From assembly GCF_003334335.1 (NCBI RefSeq), contig NZ_QOWQ01000001.1: 64,000 nt of DNA. One strand, given 5' to 3'. Position 1 is the first letter of the stretch. Every line of letters starts with the position of its first letter. This DNA is from Escherichia coli (GTDB lineage: Bacteria; Pseudomonadota; Gammaproteobacteria; Enterobacterales; Enterobacteriaceae). Below are positions 11,259-23,113 of this stretch, piece by piece. A program made the position numbers and the translations under genes. Below the pieces are notes generated by a model. That model saw only the letters and a list, made by a program, of their open reading frames with translations. It was not told where the DNA came from and ran no database searches.

Positions 11259-14200
11259 ATGTTAAGGGTCTACCATTCCAATCGTCTGGACGTGCTGGAA
11301 GCGTTGATGGAGTTTATTGTCGAACGCGAACGGCTGGACGATCCTTTCGAACCAGAGATGATTCTGGTGCAAAGTACCGGTATGGCACAGTGGCTGCAAA
11401 TGACCCTGTCGCAAAAGTTTGGTATTGCGGCAAACATTGATTTTCCGCTGCCAGCGAGCTTTATCTGGGATATGTTCGTCCGGGTGTTACCGGAAATCCC
11501 CAAAGAGAGCGCCTTTAACAAACAGAGCATGAGCTGGAAACTGATGACTCTGCTGCCGCAATTGCTGGAGCGCGAAGACTTTACCCTGTTGCGGCATTAT
11601 CTGACTGACGATAGCGACAAGCGAAAACTGTTCCAGCTTTCCTCAAAAGCGGCGGACCTGTTTGACCAGTATCTGGTCTATCGTCCGGACTGGCTGGCAC
11701 AGTGGGAAACAGGACATTTGGTTGAAGGGCTGGGAGAAGCACAGGCCTGGCAAGCCCCGTTGTGGAAGGCGCTGGTGGAATATACCCATCAACTCGGGCA
11801 ACCGCGCTGGCACCGCGCCAATCTCTATCAGCGCTTTATCGAAACGCTGGAGTCCGCGACGACCTGCCCGCCGGGGTTACCTTCGCGCGTCTTTATATGC
11901 GGTATTTCCGCGTTACCGCCTGTTTATCTCCAGGCGCTACAGGCGCTGGGTAAACATATTGAAATCCATCTCCTGTTTACCAACCCCTGCCGTTATTACT
12001 GGGGCGATATTAAAGATCCTGCTTATCTGGCGAAACTGCTGACCCGTCAGCGTCGACACAGTTTTGAAGATCGCGAATTGCCGCTATTTCGTGATAGCGA
12101 AAATGCCGGGCAGCTCTTTAACAGCGATGGTGAACAGGATGTCGGCAACCCGCTACTGGCTTCATGGGGTAAGCTTGGGCGCGACTACATTTATCTCCTT
12201 TCTGACCTGGAGAGCAGCCAGGAGCTGGACGCCTTTGTCGATGTCACGCCAGATAACCTGCTGCATAACATTCAGTCTGACATTCTGGAACTGGAAAACC
12301 GCGCCGTTGCTGGTGTGAACATCGAAGAGTTTTCCCGTAGCGATAACAAACGCCCGCTTGATCCACTGGATAGCAGTATCACCTTCCACGTTTGCCATAG
12401 CCCGCAGCGTGAAGTTGAAGTTTTACACGATCGCCTGCTGGCGATGCTGGAGGAAGACCCGACACTTACTCCGCGCGACATCATCGTGATGGTGGCTGAT
12501 ATCGACAGCTACAGTCCGTTTATTCAGGCTGTGTTTGGTAGCGCACCTGCGGATCGTTACCTACCTTACGCCATTTCCGACCGTCGTGCGCGGCAGTCAC
12601 ATCCGGTACTGGAAGCGTTTATCAGCCTGTTATCACTGCCTGACAGTCGTTTTGTGTCAGAGGATGTGCTGGCGTTGCTGGATGTGCCGGTGCTGGCGGC
12701 GCGGTTTGACATCACCGAAGAAGGGCTGCGTTATTTACGCCAGTGGGTCAACGAATCCGGCATTCGTTGGGGCATAGATGACGACAACGTTCGCGAGCTG
12801 GAACTCCCCGCCACCGGACAACACACCTGGCGATTTGGCCTGACGCGTATGTTGTTGGGCTACGCGATGGAGAGCGCGCAGGGCGAGTGGCAATCGGTTC
12901 TACCTTATGATGAATCGAGCGGCTTAATTGCAGAACTGGTGGGGCATCTGGCTTCACTGCTAATGCAGCTAAACATCTGGCGTCGCGGGCTGGCACAGGA
13001 GCGTCCGCTGGAAGAGTGGTTGCCGGTTTGTCGCGATATGCTCAACGCCTTCTTCCTGCCGGATGCGGAAACCGAAGCGGCGATGACGCTGATCGAACAA
13101 CAATGGCAGGCGATTATCGCCGAAGGTTTAGGTGCGCAGTATGGCGACGCGGTGCCGCTGTCACTATTGCGTGATGAACTGGCACAGCGTCTGGATCAAG
13201 AACGTATCAGCCAGCGTTTTCTCGCCGGACCGGTTAACATTTGTACTCTGATGCCAATGCGTTCAATTCCGTTCAAAGTGGTTTGCCTGCTGGGAATGAA
13301 CGACGGCGTTTATCCACGTCAGCTTGCGCCATTGGGCTTTGACCTGATGAGCCAGAAACCGAAGCGTGGCGACCGTAGCCGTCGCGATGACGACCGCTAT
13401 CTGTTCCTGGAAGCGTTAATTTCCGCGCAGCAAAAACTCTATATCAGCTATATCGGTCGTTCCATTCAGGATAACAGTGAGCGTTTCCCGTCGGTACTGG
13501 TGCAGGAACTGATCGACTACATCGGGCAAAGTCATTATCTACCGGGCGATGAAGCGCTCAACTGTGATGAAAGCGAGGCAAGGGTAAAAGCGCATCTTAC
13601 TTGCCTCCATACCCGGATGCCGTTTGATCCACAAAACTACCAGCCAGGCGAACGACAAAGCTATGCTCGTGAATGGCTACCTGCGGCCAGCCAGGCTGGT
13701 AAAGCACATTCTGAATTTGTTCAGCCGCTGCCGTTTACCTTACCGGAAACCGTGCCGCTGGAAACGCTACAACGATTCTGGGCACATCCGGTGCGGGCAT
13801 TTTTCCAGATGCGTTTGCAGGTGAACTTCCGTACTGAAGACAGCGAAATCCCCGACACCGAGCCATTTATTCTGGAAGGACTTAGCCGTTATCAAATCAA
13901 TCAGCAGTTATTGAATGCACTGGTTGAGCAGGATGATGCCGAACGCTTGTTCCGCCGCTTCCGAGCGGCAGGGGATTTACCGTATGGCGCTTTTGGTGAA
14001 ATTTTCTGGGAAACACAGTGCCAGGAGATGCAGCAGCTTGCCGACAGAGTCATTGCCTGTCGCCAGCCGGGGCAGAGTATGGAAATTGATCTCGCCTGCA
14101 ACGGTGTGCAGATAACTGGCTGGTTGCCGCAGGTGCAGCCGGATGGCCTGTTGCGCTGGCGTCCCTCTTTATTAAGTGTGGCCCAGGGAATGCAACTTTG

Positions 14201-14627
14201 GCTGGAACACCTTGTCTACTGTGCCAGCGGTGGTAATGGTGAAAGTCGCCTTTTTCTACGCAAAGACGGCGAGTGGCGTTTTCCGCCGCTTGCAGCCGAA
14301 CAGGCTTTGCATTACCTCTCACAACTGATTGAGGGGTATCGTGAAGGAATGTCCGCGCCATTGCTGGTGTTACCTGAAAGTGGCGGCGCGTGGCTAAAAA
14401 CCTGTTATGACGCGCAAAACGATGCCATGCTGGATGACGATTCCACGTTGCAAAAAGCCCGTACGAAATTCCTTCAGGCTTACGAAGGCAACATGATGGT
14501 GCGTGGCGAAGGTGATGATATCTGGTATCAAAGGCTCTGGCGGCAATTAACACCAGAGACAATGGAGGCCATCGTTGAACAGTCGCAACGTTTCCTGTTA
14601 CCGCTGTTTCGCTTTAATCAGTCATGA
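11259..14627 (+). CDS. recC: Exodeoxyribonuclease V subunit RecC
   Basis: 1122-aa ORF recognised as RecC. Confidence 0.95.
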   Translation: MLRVYHSNRLDVLEALMEFIVERERLDDPFEPEMILVQSTGMAQWLQMTLSQKFGIAANIDFPLPASFIWDMFVRVLPEIPKESAFNKQSMSWKLMTLLPQLLEREDFTLLRHYLTDDSDKRKLFQLSSKAADLFDQYLVYRPDWLAQWETGHLVEGLGEAQAWQAPLWKALVEYTHQLGQPRWHRANLYQRFIETLESATTCPPGLPSRVFICGISALPPVYLQALQALGKHIEIHLLFTNPCRYYWGDIKDPAYLAKLLTRQRRHSFEDRELPLFRDSENAGQLFNSDGEQDVGNPLLASWGKLGRDYIYLLSDLESSQELDAFVDVTPDNLLHNIQSDILELENRAVAGVNIEEFSRSDNKRPLDPLDSSITFHVCHSPQREVEVLHDRLLAMLEEDPTLTPRDIIVMVADIDSYSPFIQAVFGSAPADRYLPYAISDRRARQSHPVLEAFISLLSLPDSRFVSEDVLALLDVPVLAARFDITEEGLRYLRQWVNESGIRWGIDDDNVRELELPATGQHTWRFGLTRMLLGYAMESAQGEWQSVLPYDESSGLIAELVGHLASLLMQLNIWRRGLAQERPLEEWLPVCRDMLNAFFLPDAETEAAMTLIEQQWQAIIAEGLGAQYGDAVPLSLLRDELAQRLDQERISQRFLAGPVNICTLMPMRSIPFKVVCLLGMNDGVYPRQLAPLGFDLMSQKPKRGDRSRRDDDRYLFLEALISAQQKLYISYIGRSIQDNSERFPSVLVQELIDYIGQSHYLPGDEALNCDESEARVKAHLTCLHTRMPFDPQNYQPGERQSYAREWLPAASQAGKAHSEFVQPLPFTLPETVPLETLQRFWAHPVRAFFQMRLQVNFRTEDSEIPDTEPFILEGLSRYQINQQLLNALVEQDDAERLFRRFRAAGDLPYGAFGEIFWETQCQEMQQLADRVIACRQPGQSMEIDLACNGVQITGWLPQVQPDGLLRWRPSLLSVAQGMQLWLEHLVYCASGGNGESRLFLRKDGEWRFPPLAAEQALHYLSQLIEGYREGMSAPLLVLPESGGAWLKTCYDAQNDAMLDDDSTLQKARTKFLQAYEGNMMVRGEGDDIWYQRLWRQLTPETMEAIVEQSQRFLLPLFRFNQS

Positions 14628-14802
14628 GTGCTGTATAAAAATTGCGCAATCTATCCGCTTACTTTATGATGCGCACCAGTCACGGACTGATGGTTATATA
14701 AACATAGGCTGACTCGTGCAGCACAAGATTAAATTCTGGCAGATGATTTGCGTTAACGTGTTGAATCTGGACAGAAAATTAAGTTGATTATGAGGTCCGT
14801 GA

Positions 14803-17691
14803 ATGCCCCACAGCACCTGGTTCAAAGCATTATTGTTGTTAGTTGCCCTTTGGGCACCCTTAAGTCAGGCAGAAACGGAATGGCAGCCGATTCAGGAAAC
14901 CATCCGTAAAAGTGATAAAGATAACCGCCAGTATCAGGCTATACGTCTGGATAACGGTATGGTGGTCTTGCTGGTTTCTGATCCGCAGGCAGTTAAATCG
15001 CTCTCGGCGCTGGTGGTGCCCGTTGGGTCGCTGGAAGATCCCGAGGCGTACCAGGGGCTGGCACATTACCTTGAACATATGAGTCTGATGGGGTCGAAAA
15101 AGTACCCGCAGGCTGACAGTCTGGCCGAATATCTCAAAATGCACGGCGGTAGTCACAATGCCAGCACTGCGCCGTATCGCACGGCTTTCTATCTGGAAGT
15201 TGAGAACGACGCCTTGCCTGGTGCGGTAGACCGCCTGGCCGATGCTATTGCTGAACCTTTGCTCGACAAGAAATATGCCGAACGTGAGCGTAATGCGGTG
15301 AACGCTGAATTAACCATGGCGCGTACGCGTGACGGGATGCGCATGGCACAGGTCAGCGCAGAAACCATTAACCCGGCACACCCCGGTTCAAAGTTTTCTG
15401 GTGGTAACCTCGAAACTTTAAGCGACAAACCTGGTAATCCGGTGCAGCAGGCGCTGAAAGATTTCCACGAGAAGTACTATTCCGCCAATTTGATGAAGGC
15501 GGTTATTTACAGTAATAAACCGCTGCCGGAGTTGGCAAAAATGGCGGCGGACACCTTTGGTCGCGTGCCGAACAAAGAGAGCAAAAAACCGGAAATCACC
15601 GTGCCGGTAGTCACCGACGCGCAAAAGGGCATTATCATTCATTACGTCCCTGCGCTGCCGCGTAAAGTGTTGCGCGTTGAGTTTCGCATCGATAACAACT
15701 CAGCGAAGTTCCGTAGTAAAACCGATGAATTGATTACCTATCTGATTGGCAATCGCAGCCCAGGTACACTTTCTGACTGGCTGCAAAAGCAGGGATTAGT
15801 TGAGGGCATTAGCGCCAACTCCGATCCTATCGTCAACGGCAACAGCGGCGTATTAGCGATCTCTGCGTCTTTAACCGATAAAGGCCTGGCTAATCGCGAT
15901 CAGGTTGTGGCGGCAATTTTTAGCTATCTCAATCTGTTACGTGAAAAAGGCATTGATAAACAATACTTCGATGAACTGGCGAATGTGCTGGATATCGACT
16001 TCCGTTATCCGTCGATCACCCGTGATATGGATTACGTCGAATGGCTGGCAGATACCATGATTCGCGTTCCTGTTGAGCATACGCTGGATGCAGTCAATAT
16101 TGCCGATCGGTACGATGCTAAAGCAGTAAAGGAACGTCTGGCGATGATGACGCCGCAGAATGCGCGTATCTGGTATATCAGCCCGAAAGAGCCGCACAAC
16201 AAAACGGCTTACTTTGTCGATGCGCCGTATCAGGTCGATAAAATCAGCGCACAAACTTTCGCCGACTGGCAGAAAAAAGCCGCCGACATTGCGCTCTCTT
16301 TGCCAGAGCTTAACCCTTATATTCCTGATGATTTCTCGCTGATTAAGTCAGAGAAGAAATACGACCATCCAGAGCTGATTGTTGATGAGTCGAATCTGCG
16401 CGTGGTGTATGCGCCAAGCCGTTATTTTGCCAGCGAGCCCAAAGCTGATGTCAGCCTGATTTTGCGTAATCCGAAAGCCATGGACAGCGCCCGCAATCAG
16501 GTGATGTTTGCGCTCAATGATTATCTCGCAGGGCTGGCGCTTGATCAGTTAAGCAACCAGGCGTCGGTTGGTGGCATAAGTTTTTCCACCAACGCTAACA
16601 ACGGCCTTATGGTTAATGCTAATGGTTACACCCAGCGTCTGCCGCAGCTGTTCCAGGCATTGCTCGAGGGGTACTTTAGCTATACCGCTACGGAAGATCA
16701 GCTTGAGCAGGCGAAGTCCTGGTATAACCAGATGATGGATTCCGCAGAAAAGGGTAAAGCGTTTGAGCAGGCGATTATGCCCGCGCAGATGCTCTCGCAA
16801 GTGCCGTACTTCTCGCGAGATGAACGGCGTAAAATTTTGCCCTCCATTACGTTGAAAGAGGTGCTGGCCTATCGCGACGCCTTAAAATCAGGGGCTCGAC
16901 CAGAGTTTATGGTTATCGGCAACATGACCGAGGCCCAGGCAACAACGCTGGCACGCGATGTGCAAAAACAGTTGGGCGCTGATGGTTCAGAGTGGTGTCG
17001 AAACAAAGATGTAGTGGTCGATAAAAAACAATCCGTCATCTTTGAAAAAGCCGGTAACAGCACCGACTCCGCACTGGCAGCGGTATTTGTACCGACTGGC
17101 TACGATGAATACACCAGCTCAGCCTATAGCTCTCTGTTGGGGCAGATCGTACAGCCGTGGTTCTACAATCAGTTGCGTACCGAAGAACAATTGGGCTATG
17201 CCGTGTTTGCGTTTCCAATGAGCGTGGGGCGTCAGTGGGGCATGGGCTTCCTTTTGCAAAGCAATGATAAACAGCCTTCATTCTTGTGGGAGCGTTACAA
17301 GGCGTTTTTCCCAACCGCAGAGGCAAAATTGCGAGCGATGAAGCCAGATGAGTTTGCGCAAATCCAGCAGGCGGTAATTACCCAGATGCTGCAGGCACCG
17401 CAAACGCTCGGCGAAGAAGCATCGAAGTTAAGTAAAGATTTCGATCGCGGCAATATGCGCTTCGATTCGCGTGATAAAATCGTGGCCCAGATAAAACTGC
17501 TGACGCCGCAAAAACTTGCTGATTTCTTCCATCAGGCGGTGGTCGAGCCGCAAGGCATGGCTATTCTGTCGCAGATTTCCGGCAGCCAGAACGGGAAAGC
17601 CGAATATGTACACCCTGAAGGCTGGAAAGTGTGGGAGAACGTCAGCGCGTTGCAGCAAACAATGCCCCTGATGAGTGAAAAGAATGAGTGA
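14803..17691 (+). CDS. ptrA: Periplasmic protease III (pitrilysin) PtrA
   Basis: 962-aa ORF with signal peptide and inverted zinc-binding motif HYLEH. Confidence 0.95.
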   Translation: MPHSTWFKALLLLVALWAPLSQAETEWQPIQETIRKSDKDNRQYQAIRLDNGMVVLLVSDPQAVKSLSALVVPVGSLEDPEAYQGLAHYLEHMSLMGSKKYPQADSLAEYLKMHGGSHNASTAPYRTAFYLEVENDALPGAVDRLADAIAEPLLDKKYAERERNAVNAELTMARTRDGMRMAQVSAETINPAHPGSKFSGGNLETLSDKPGNPVQQALKDFHEKYYSANLMKAVIYSNKPLPELAKMAADTFGRVPNKESKKPEITVPVVTDAQKGIIIHYVPALPRKVLRVEFRIDNNSAKFRSKTDELITYLIGNRSPGTLSDWLQKQGLVEGISANSDPIVNGNSGVLAISASLTDKGLANRDQVVAAIFSYLNLLREKGIDKQYFDELANVLDIDFRYPSITRDMDYVEWLADTMIRVPVEHTLDAVNIADRYDAKAVKERLAMMTPQNARIWYISPKEPHNKTAYFVDAPYQVDKISAQTFADWQKKAADIALSLPELNPYIPDDFSLIKSEKKYDHPELIVDESNLRVVYAPSRYFASEPKADVSLILRNPKAMDSARNQVMFALNDYLAGLALDQLSNQASVGGISFSTNANNGLMVNANGYTQRLPQLFQALLEGYFSYTATEDQLEQAKSWYNQMMDSAEKGKAFEQAIMPAQMLSQVPYFSRDERRKILPSITLKEVLAYRDALKSGARPEFMVIGNMTEAQATTLARDVQKQLGADGSEWCRNKDVVVDKKQSVIFEKAGNSTDSALAAVFVPTGYDEYTSSAYSSLLGQIVQPWFYNQLRTEEQLGYAVFAFPMSVGRQWGMGFLLQSNDKQPSFLWERYKAFFPTAEAKLRAMKPDEFAQIQQAVITQMLQAPQTLGEEASKLSKDFDRGNMRFDSRDKIVAQIKLLTPQKLADFFHQAVVEPQGMAILSQISGSQNGKAEYVHPEGWKVWENVSALQQTMPLMSEKNE

Positions 17692-20600
17692 TGTCGCCGA
17701 GACACTAGATCCTTTGCGCTTGCCCTTACAGGGTGAGCGCCTGATTGAAGCCTCTGCCGGCACAGGCAAAACCTTTACGATTGCGGCGCTCTATTTGCGC
17801 CTGTTACTTGGACTAGGCGGTTCCGCCGCCTTTCCCCGCCCGCTGACCGTTGAAGAACTGCTGGTGGTCACCTTTACCGAGGCTGCCACGGCAGAATTGC
17901 GCGGTCGTATCCGTAGCAATATCCACGAGTTGCGCATCGCCTGTCTGCGTGAAACCACCGACAATCCACTGTACGAACGCCTGCTGGAAGAGATCGACGA
18001 TAAAGCGCAAGCCGCGCAGTGGTTGTTGTTAGCCGAACGGCAGATGGATGAAGCGGCAGTCTTTACTATTCACGGCTTTTGCCAGCGCATGCTCAACCTG
18101 AATGCCTTTGAATCCGGCATGCTGTTTGAGCAGCAGCTGATTGAAGATGAGTCTCTGCTACGCTACCAGGCCTGCGCCGATTTCTGGCGTCGCCACTGCT
18201 ACCCGCTGCCGCGTGAAATAGCCCAGGTCGTCTTTGAAACCTGGAAAGGGCCGCAGGCGTTGCTGCGCGATATTAATCGTTATCTGCAAGGCGAAGCGCC
18301 GGTTATCAAAGCACCGCCGCCCGATGATGAAACGCTGGCTTCCCGTCACGCGCAAATTGTGGCGCGTATTGATACGGTAAAACAGCAGTGGCGCGACGCA
18401 GTGGGTGAACTGGATGCGCTGATCGAATCTTCTGGTATTGATCGACGCAAGTTTAACCGTAGCAATCAGGCTAAATGGATCGACAAGATCAGCGCCTGGG
18501 CAGAAGAAGAGACAAACAGTTATCAGTTGCCGGAGTCGCTGGAAAAATTCTCCCAGCGTTTCTTAGAAGATCGCACGAAGGCCGGGGGGGGAACCCCGCG
18601 ACATCCACTGTTTGAGGCGATCGATCAACTGCTTGCAGAACCATTGTCGATCCGCGATCTGGTGATCACCCGCGCATTGGCTGAGATCCGCGAAACAGTA
18701 GCGCGTGAAAAACGCCGCCGTGGCGAATTGGGTTTTGATGACATGTTAAGTCGGCTCGATTCCGCGCTGCGTAGCGAAAGCGGTGAGGTGTTGGCAGCGG
18801 CGATCCGTACGCGATTCCCGGTGGCAATGATCGATGAATTTCAGGATACCGACCCCCAGCAGTACCGAATTTTTCGCCGTATCTGGCACCATCAGCCGGA
18901 AACCGCATTGTTGCTAATTGGCGACCCGAAGCAGGCCATATATGCATTCCGGGGTGCGGATATCTTCACTTATATGAAGGCGCGTAGCGAAGTTCACGCC
19001 CACTACACTTTAGACACCAACTGGCGTTCCGCACCAGGAATGGTGAACAGCGTGAATAAGCTTTTCAGCCAGACTGATGACGCGTTCATGTTTCGCGAAA
19101 TACCGTTTATTCCAGTGAAATCAGCCGGGAAAAATCAGGCGTTACGTTTTGTATTTAAAGGTGAAACACAGCCTGCGATGAAAATGTGGCTGATGGAAGG
19201 CGAAAGCTGCGGCGTTGGCGATTATCAAAGTACCATGGCGCAGGTATGTGCTGCGCAAATCCGCGACTGGCTACAAGCCGGACAGCGGGGCGAAGCGTTG
19301 CTGATGAACGGCGACGACGCGCGTCCGGTGCGTGCTTCGGACATCAGTGTGCTGGTGCGCAGCCGCCAGGAGGCCGCCCAGGTGCGCGATGCCTTAACGT
19401 TGCTGGAAATCCCTTCCGTTTACCTTTCGAACCGCGACAGTGTTTTTGAAACTCTGGAAGCGCAGGAAATGCTTTGGTTGTTGCAGGCGGTGATGACGCC
19501 CGAACGTGAGAACACCCTGCGTAGTGCGCTGGCAACGTCAATGATGGGGCTGAACGCGCTGGATATCGAAACGCTGAACAATGACGAACATGCGTGGGAT
19601 GTGGTAGTCGAAGAGTTCGATGGTTATCGGCAAATCTGGCGCAAACGTGGCGTTATGCCGATGCTGCGGGCGCTGATGTCGGCGCGTAACATTGCTGAAA
19701 ACTTGCTGGCAACGGCAGGCGGTGAGCGGCGTCTTACCGATATCTTGCATATCAGCGAACTGCTACAAGAAGCCGGAACGCAGCTGGAAAGTGAACATGC
19801 GCTGGTACGCTGGTTATCGCAACATATCCTCGAGCCAGACAGTAATGCCTCCAGCCAACAAATGCGTCTCGAAAGTGATAAACATCTGGTGCAGATTGTC
19901 ACGATCCACAAATCGAAAGGGCTGGAATATCCATTGGTCTGGCTGCCGTTTATCACCAATTTCCGCGTCCAGGAGCAGGCGTTTTATCACGATCGCCACT
20001 CGTTTGAGGCAGTTCTGGATCTTAATGCTGCGCCAGAAAGCGTCGACCTCGCGGAGGCCGAACGTCTGGCGGAAGATCTGCGTTTGCTTTACGTGGCGCT
20101 GACACGTTCGGTTTGGCATTGCAGTCTCGGCGTTGCACCGCTGGTGCGCCGTCGTGGCGATAAAAAAGGTGACACCGACGTCCACCAAAGTGCGCTCGGG
20201 CGTTTGCTGCAAAAAGGGGAACCGCAAGATGCGGCAGGGCTTCGCACCTGTATTGAAGCGTTATGCGATGATGATATTGCCTGGCAAACGGCACAAACTG
20301 GTGATAACCAACCCTGGCAGGTTAATGATGTTTCTACAGCAGAGCTGAATGCGAAGACGTTACAACGATTGCCCGGCGATAACTGGCGCGTCACCAGCTA
20401 CTCTGGTTTGCAACAGCGTGGTCACGGTATCGCCCAGGATTTGATGCCTCGGCTGGATGTCGATGCTGCAGGCGTTGCCAGCGTCGTTGAAGAACCGACG
20501 TTAACACCACATCAGTTTCCGCGCGGTGCGTCACCGGGGACGTTCTTGCACAGTTTGTTTGAAGACCTGGATTTTACCCAGCCGGTTGACCCGAACTGGG

Positions 20601-21226
20601 TGCGGGAAAAACTGGAACTCGGCGGCTTTGAATCGCAGTGGGAACCGGTATTGACCGAGTGGATCACGGCTGTCCTCCAGGCACCTCTCAATGAAACCGG
20701 CGTAAGCCTGAGTCAACTTTCCGCCCGCAATAAACAGGTGGAGATGGAGTTTTATCTGCCGATTAGTGAACCGCTTATCGCCAGTCAGCTTGATACGTTA
20801 ATCCGCCAGTTTGACCCGCTATCCGCAGGCTGCCCGCCGCTGGAGTTCATGCAGGTACGTGGCATGTTAAAAGGCTTTATCGACCTGGTGTTCCGCCACG
20901 AAGGGCGTTATTACCTGCTCGACTATAAATCCAACTGGTTGGGTGAAGACAGTTCGGCTTACACCCAACAGGCTATGGCAGCGGCAATGCAGGCACACCG
21001 CTATGATCTGCAATATCAGCTTTATACCCTGGCGCTGCATCGTTATCTGCGCCATCGCATTGCTGATTACGACTATGAGCACCACTTTGGCGGCGTTATT
21101 TATCTGTTCCTGCGTGGCGTTGATAAAGAACATCCGCAACAGGGGATTTACACAACCCGACCCAACGCCGGGTTGATTGCCCTGATGGATGAGATGTTTG
21201 CCGGTATGACCCTGGAGGAGGCGTAA
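17684..21226 (+). CDS. recB: Exodeoxyribonuclease V subunit RecB (helicase-nuclease)
   Basis: Start placed at ATG 17684 (MSDVAETLD...), 8-bp overlap with ptrA stop; Walker A motif GTGKT. Confidence 0.95.
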
Positions 21227-23052
21227 TGAAATTGCAAAAGCAATTACTGGAAGCTGTGGAGCACAAACAGCTACGCCCGCTGGATGTGCAATTTGCCCTG
21301 ACCGTGGCGGGAGATGAACATCCTGCCGTCACCCTCGCGGCGGCACTGTTAAGTCATGATGCCGGAGAGGGACACGTTTGTTTGCCGCTTTCACGACTGG
21401 AAAATAACGAGGCGTCGCATCCGCTGTTGGCGACCTGTGTCAGTGAAATCGGTGAGCTACAAAATTGGGAAGAATGCTTGCTGGCTTCTCAAGCGGTCAG
21501 CAGGGGAGATGAACCCACGCCGATGATCCTCTGTGGCGATCGTCTTTATTTGAATCGCATGTGGTGTAACGAGCGCACAGTGGCACGCTTTTTCAACGAA
21601 GTGAATCATGCCATTGAGGTTGATGAAGCTCTACTGGCGCAAACCCTGGACAAACTTTTTCCAGTAAGCGATGAAATTAACTGGCAAAAAGTTGCGGCGG
21701 CAGTGGCGCTGACGCGGCGGATCTCGGTGATTTCCGGCGGCCCTGGCACCGGTAAAACGACCACCGTAGCGAAGTTGCTGGCAGCGTTAATTCAAATGGC
21801 CGACGGCGAACGCTGCCGTATCCGTCTGGCTGCACCAACGGGTAAAGCTGCCGCGCGCTTAACCGAATCTCTCGGCAAGGCTTTGCGACAGTTACCGCTG
21901 ACCGATGAACAAAAGAAACGCATTCCGGAAGATGCCAGCACTTTGCACCGATTGCTGGGCGCGCAGCCGGGTAGCCAGCGTTTACGTCATCATGCCGGTA
22001 ACCCGCTGCATCTTGATGTGCTGGTGGTAGATGAAGCGTCAATGATCGATCTGCCTATGATGTCGAGACTGATCGACGCCTTGCCCGATCATGCGCGAGT
22101 GATCTTTCTCGGCGATCGTGATCAACTGGCCTCGGTTGAGGCTGGGGCTGTGCTGGGCGATATCTGCGCTTATGCCAACGCGGGCTTTACCGCCGAGCGT
22201 GCCAGGCAGCTAAGCCGCCTGACGGGGACTCACGTTCCGGCAGGAACCGGCACAGAAGCGGCATCTTTGCGCGACAGTCTCTGCCTGCTGCAAAAAAGCT
22301 ATCGTTTCGGCAGCGATTCTGGCATTGGTCAGTTAGCTGCGGCGATCAACCGTGGTGATAAAACGGCAGTGAAAACCGTTTTTCAGCAGGATTTTACTGA
22401 TATCGAAAAACGGCTTTTACAGAGCGGCGAAGATTATATTGCGATGCTTGAGGAAGCTCTTGCGGGTTACGGACGTTATCTGGATCTGCTGCAAGCGCGT
22501 GCCGAGCCGGATTTAATCATTCAGGCGTTCAATGAGTACCAGCTTTTGTGCGCCCTGCGGGAAGGGCCGTTTGGCGTGGCTGGACTGAATGAGCGAATTG
22601 AGCAGTTTATGCAACAGAAGCGCAAAATTCATCGTCATCCGCACTCTCGTTGGTACGAAGGTCGACCGGTGATGATTGCCCGTAATGACAGCGCGCTTGG
22701 GTTGTTTAATGGCGATATCGGTATTGCGCTGGATCGCGGGCAGGGGACGCGCGTCTGGTTTGCGATGCCGGACGGCAATATTAAGTCTGTGCAACCGAGT
22801 CGCTTGCCAGAGCACGAAACTACGTGGGCGATGACGGTACATAAATCGCAGGGATCGGAGTTCGACCATGCGGCGTTGATTTTGCCGAGCCAACGCACGC
22901 CGGTAGTAACGCGAGAGCTGGTTTATACCGCGGTGACCCGCGCGCGTCGCCGTCTGTCGCTGTATGCCGATGAGCGCATATTAAGTGCGGCAATCGCCAC
23001 TCGTACTGAGCGGCGCAGTGGTCTGGCGGCGTTGTTTAGTTCACGGGAATAA
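21226..23052 (+). CDS. recD: Exodeoxyribonuclease V subunit RecD
   Basis: 608-aa ORF; ATG overlaps recB TAA (TAATG); Walker A motif GGPGTGKTT. Confidence 0.95.
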
Positions 23053-23062
23053 ACGTAATTGC

Positions 23063-23099
23063 CGGATGCGACGTACGAGTGTTACGCATGTCGCATCCG
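23063..23099. terminator. Hairpin between convergent recD and argA
   Basis: 10-bp inverted repeat CGGATGCGAC / GTCGCATCCG flanking a partly palindromic loop. Confidence 0.4.
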
Positions 23100-23113
23100 A
23101 CGATTTTCATCGC

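Noticed and set aside
14050-14562. 170-aa minus-strand ORF
   Set aside because: Antisense within recC; no independent support.
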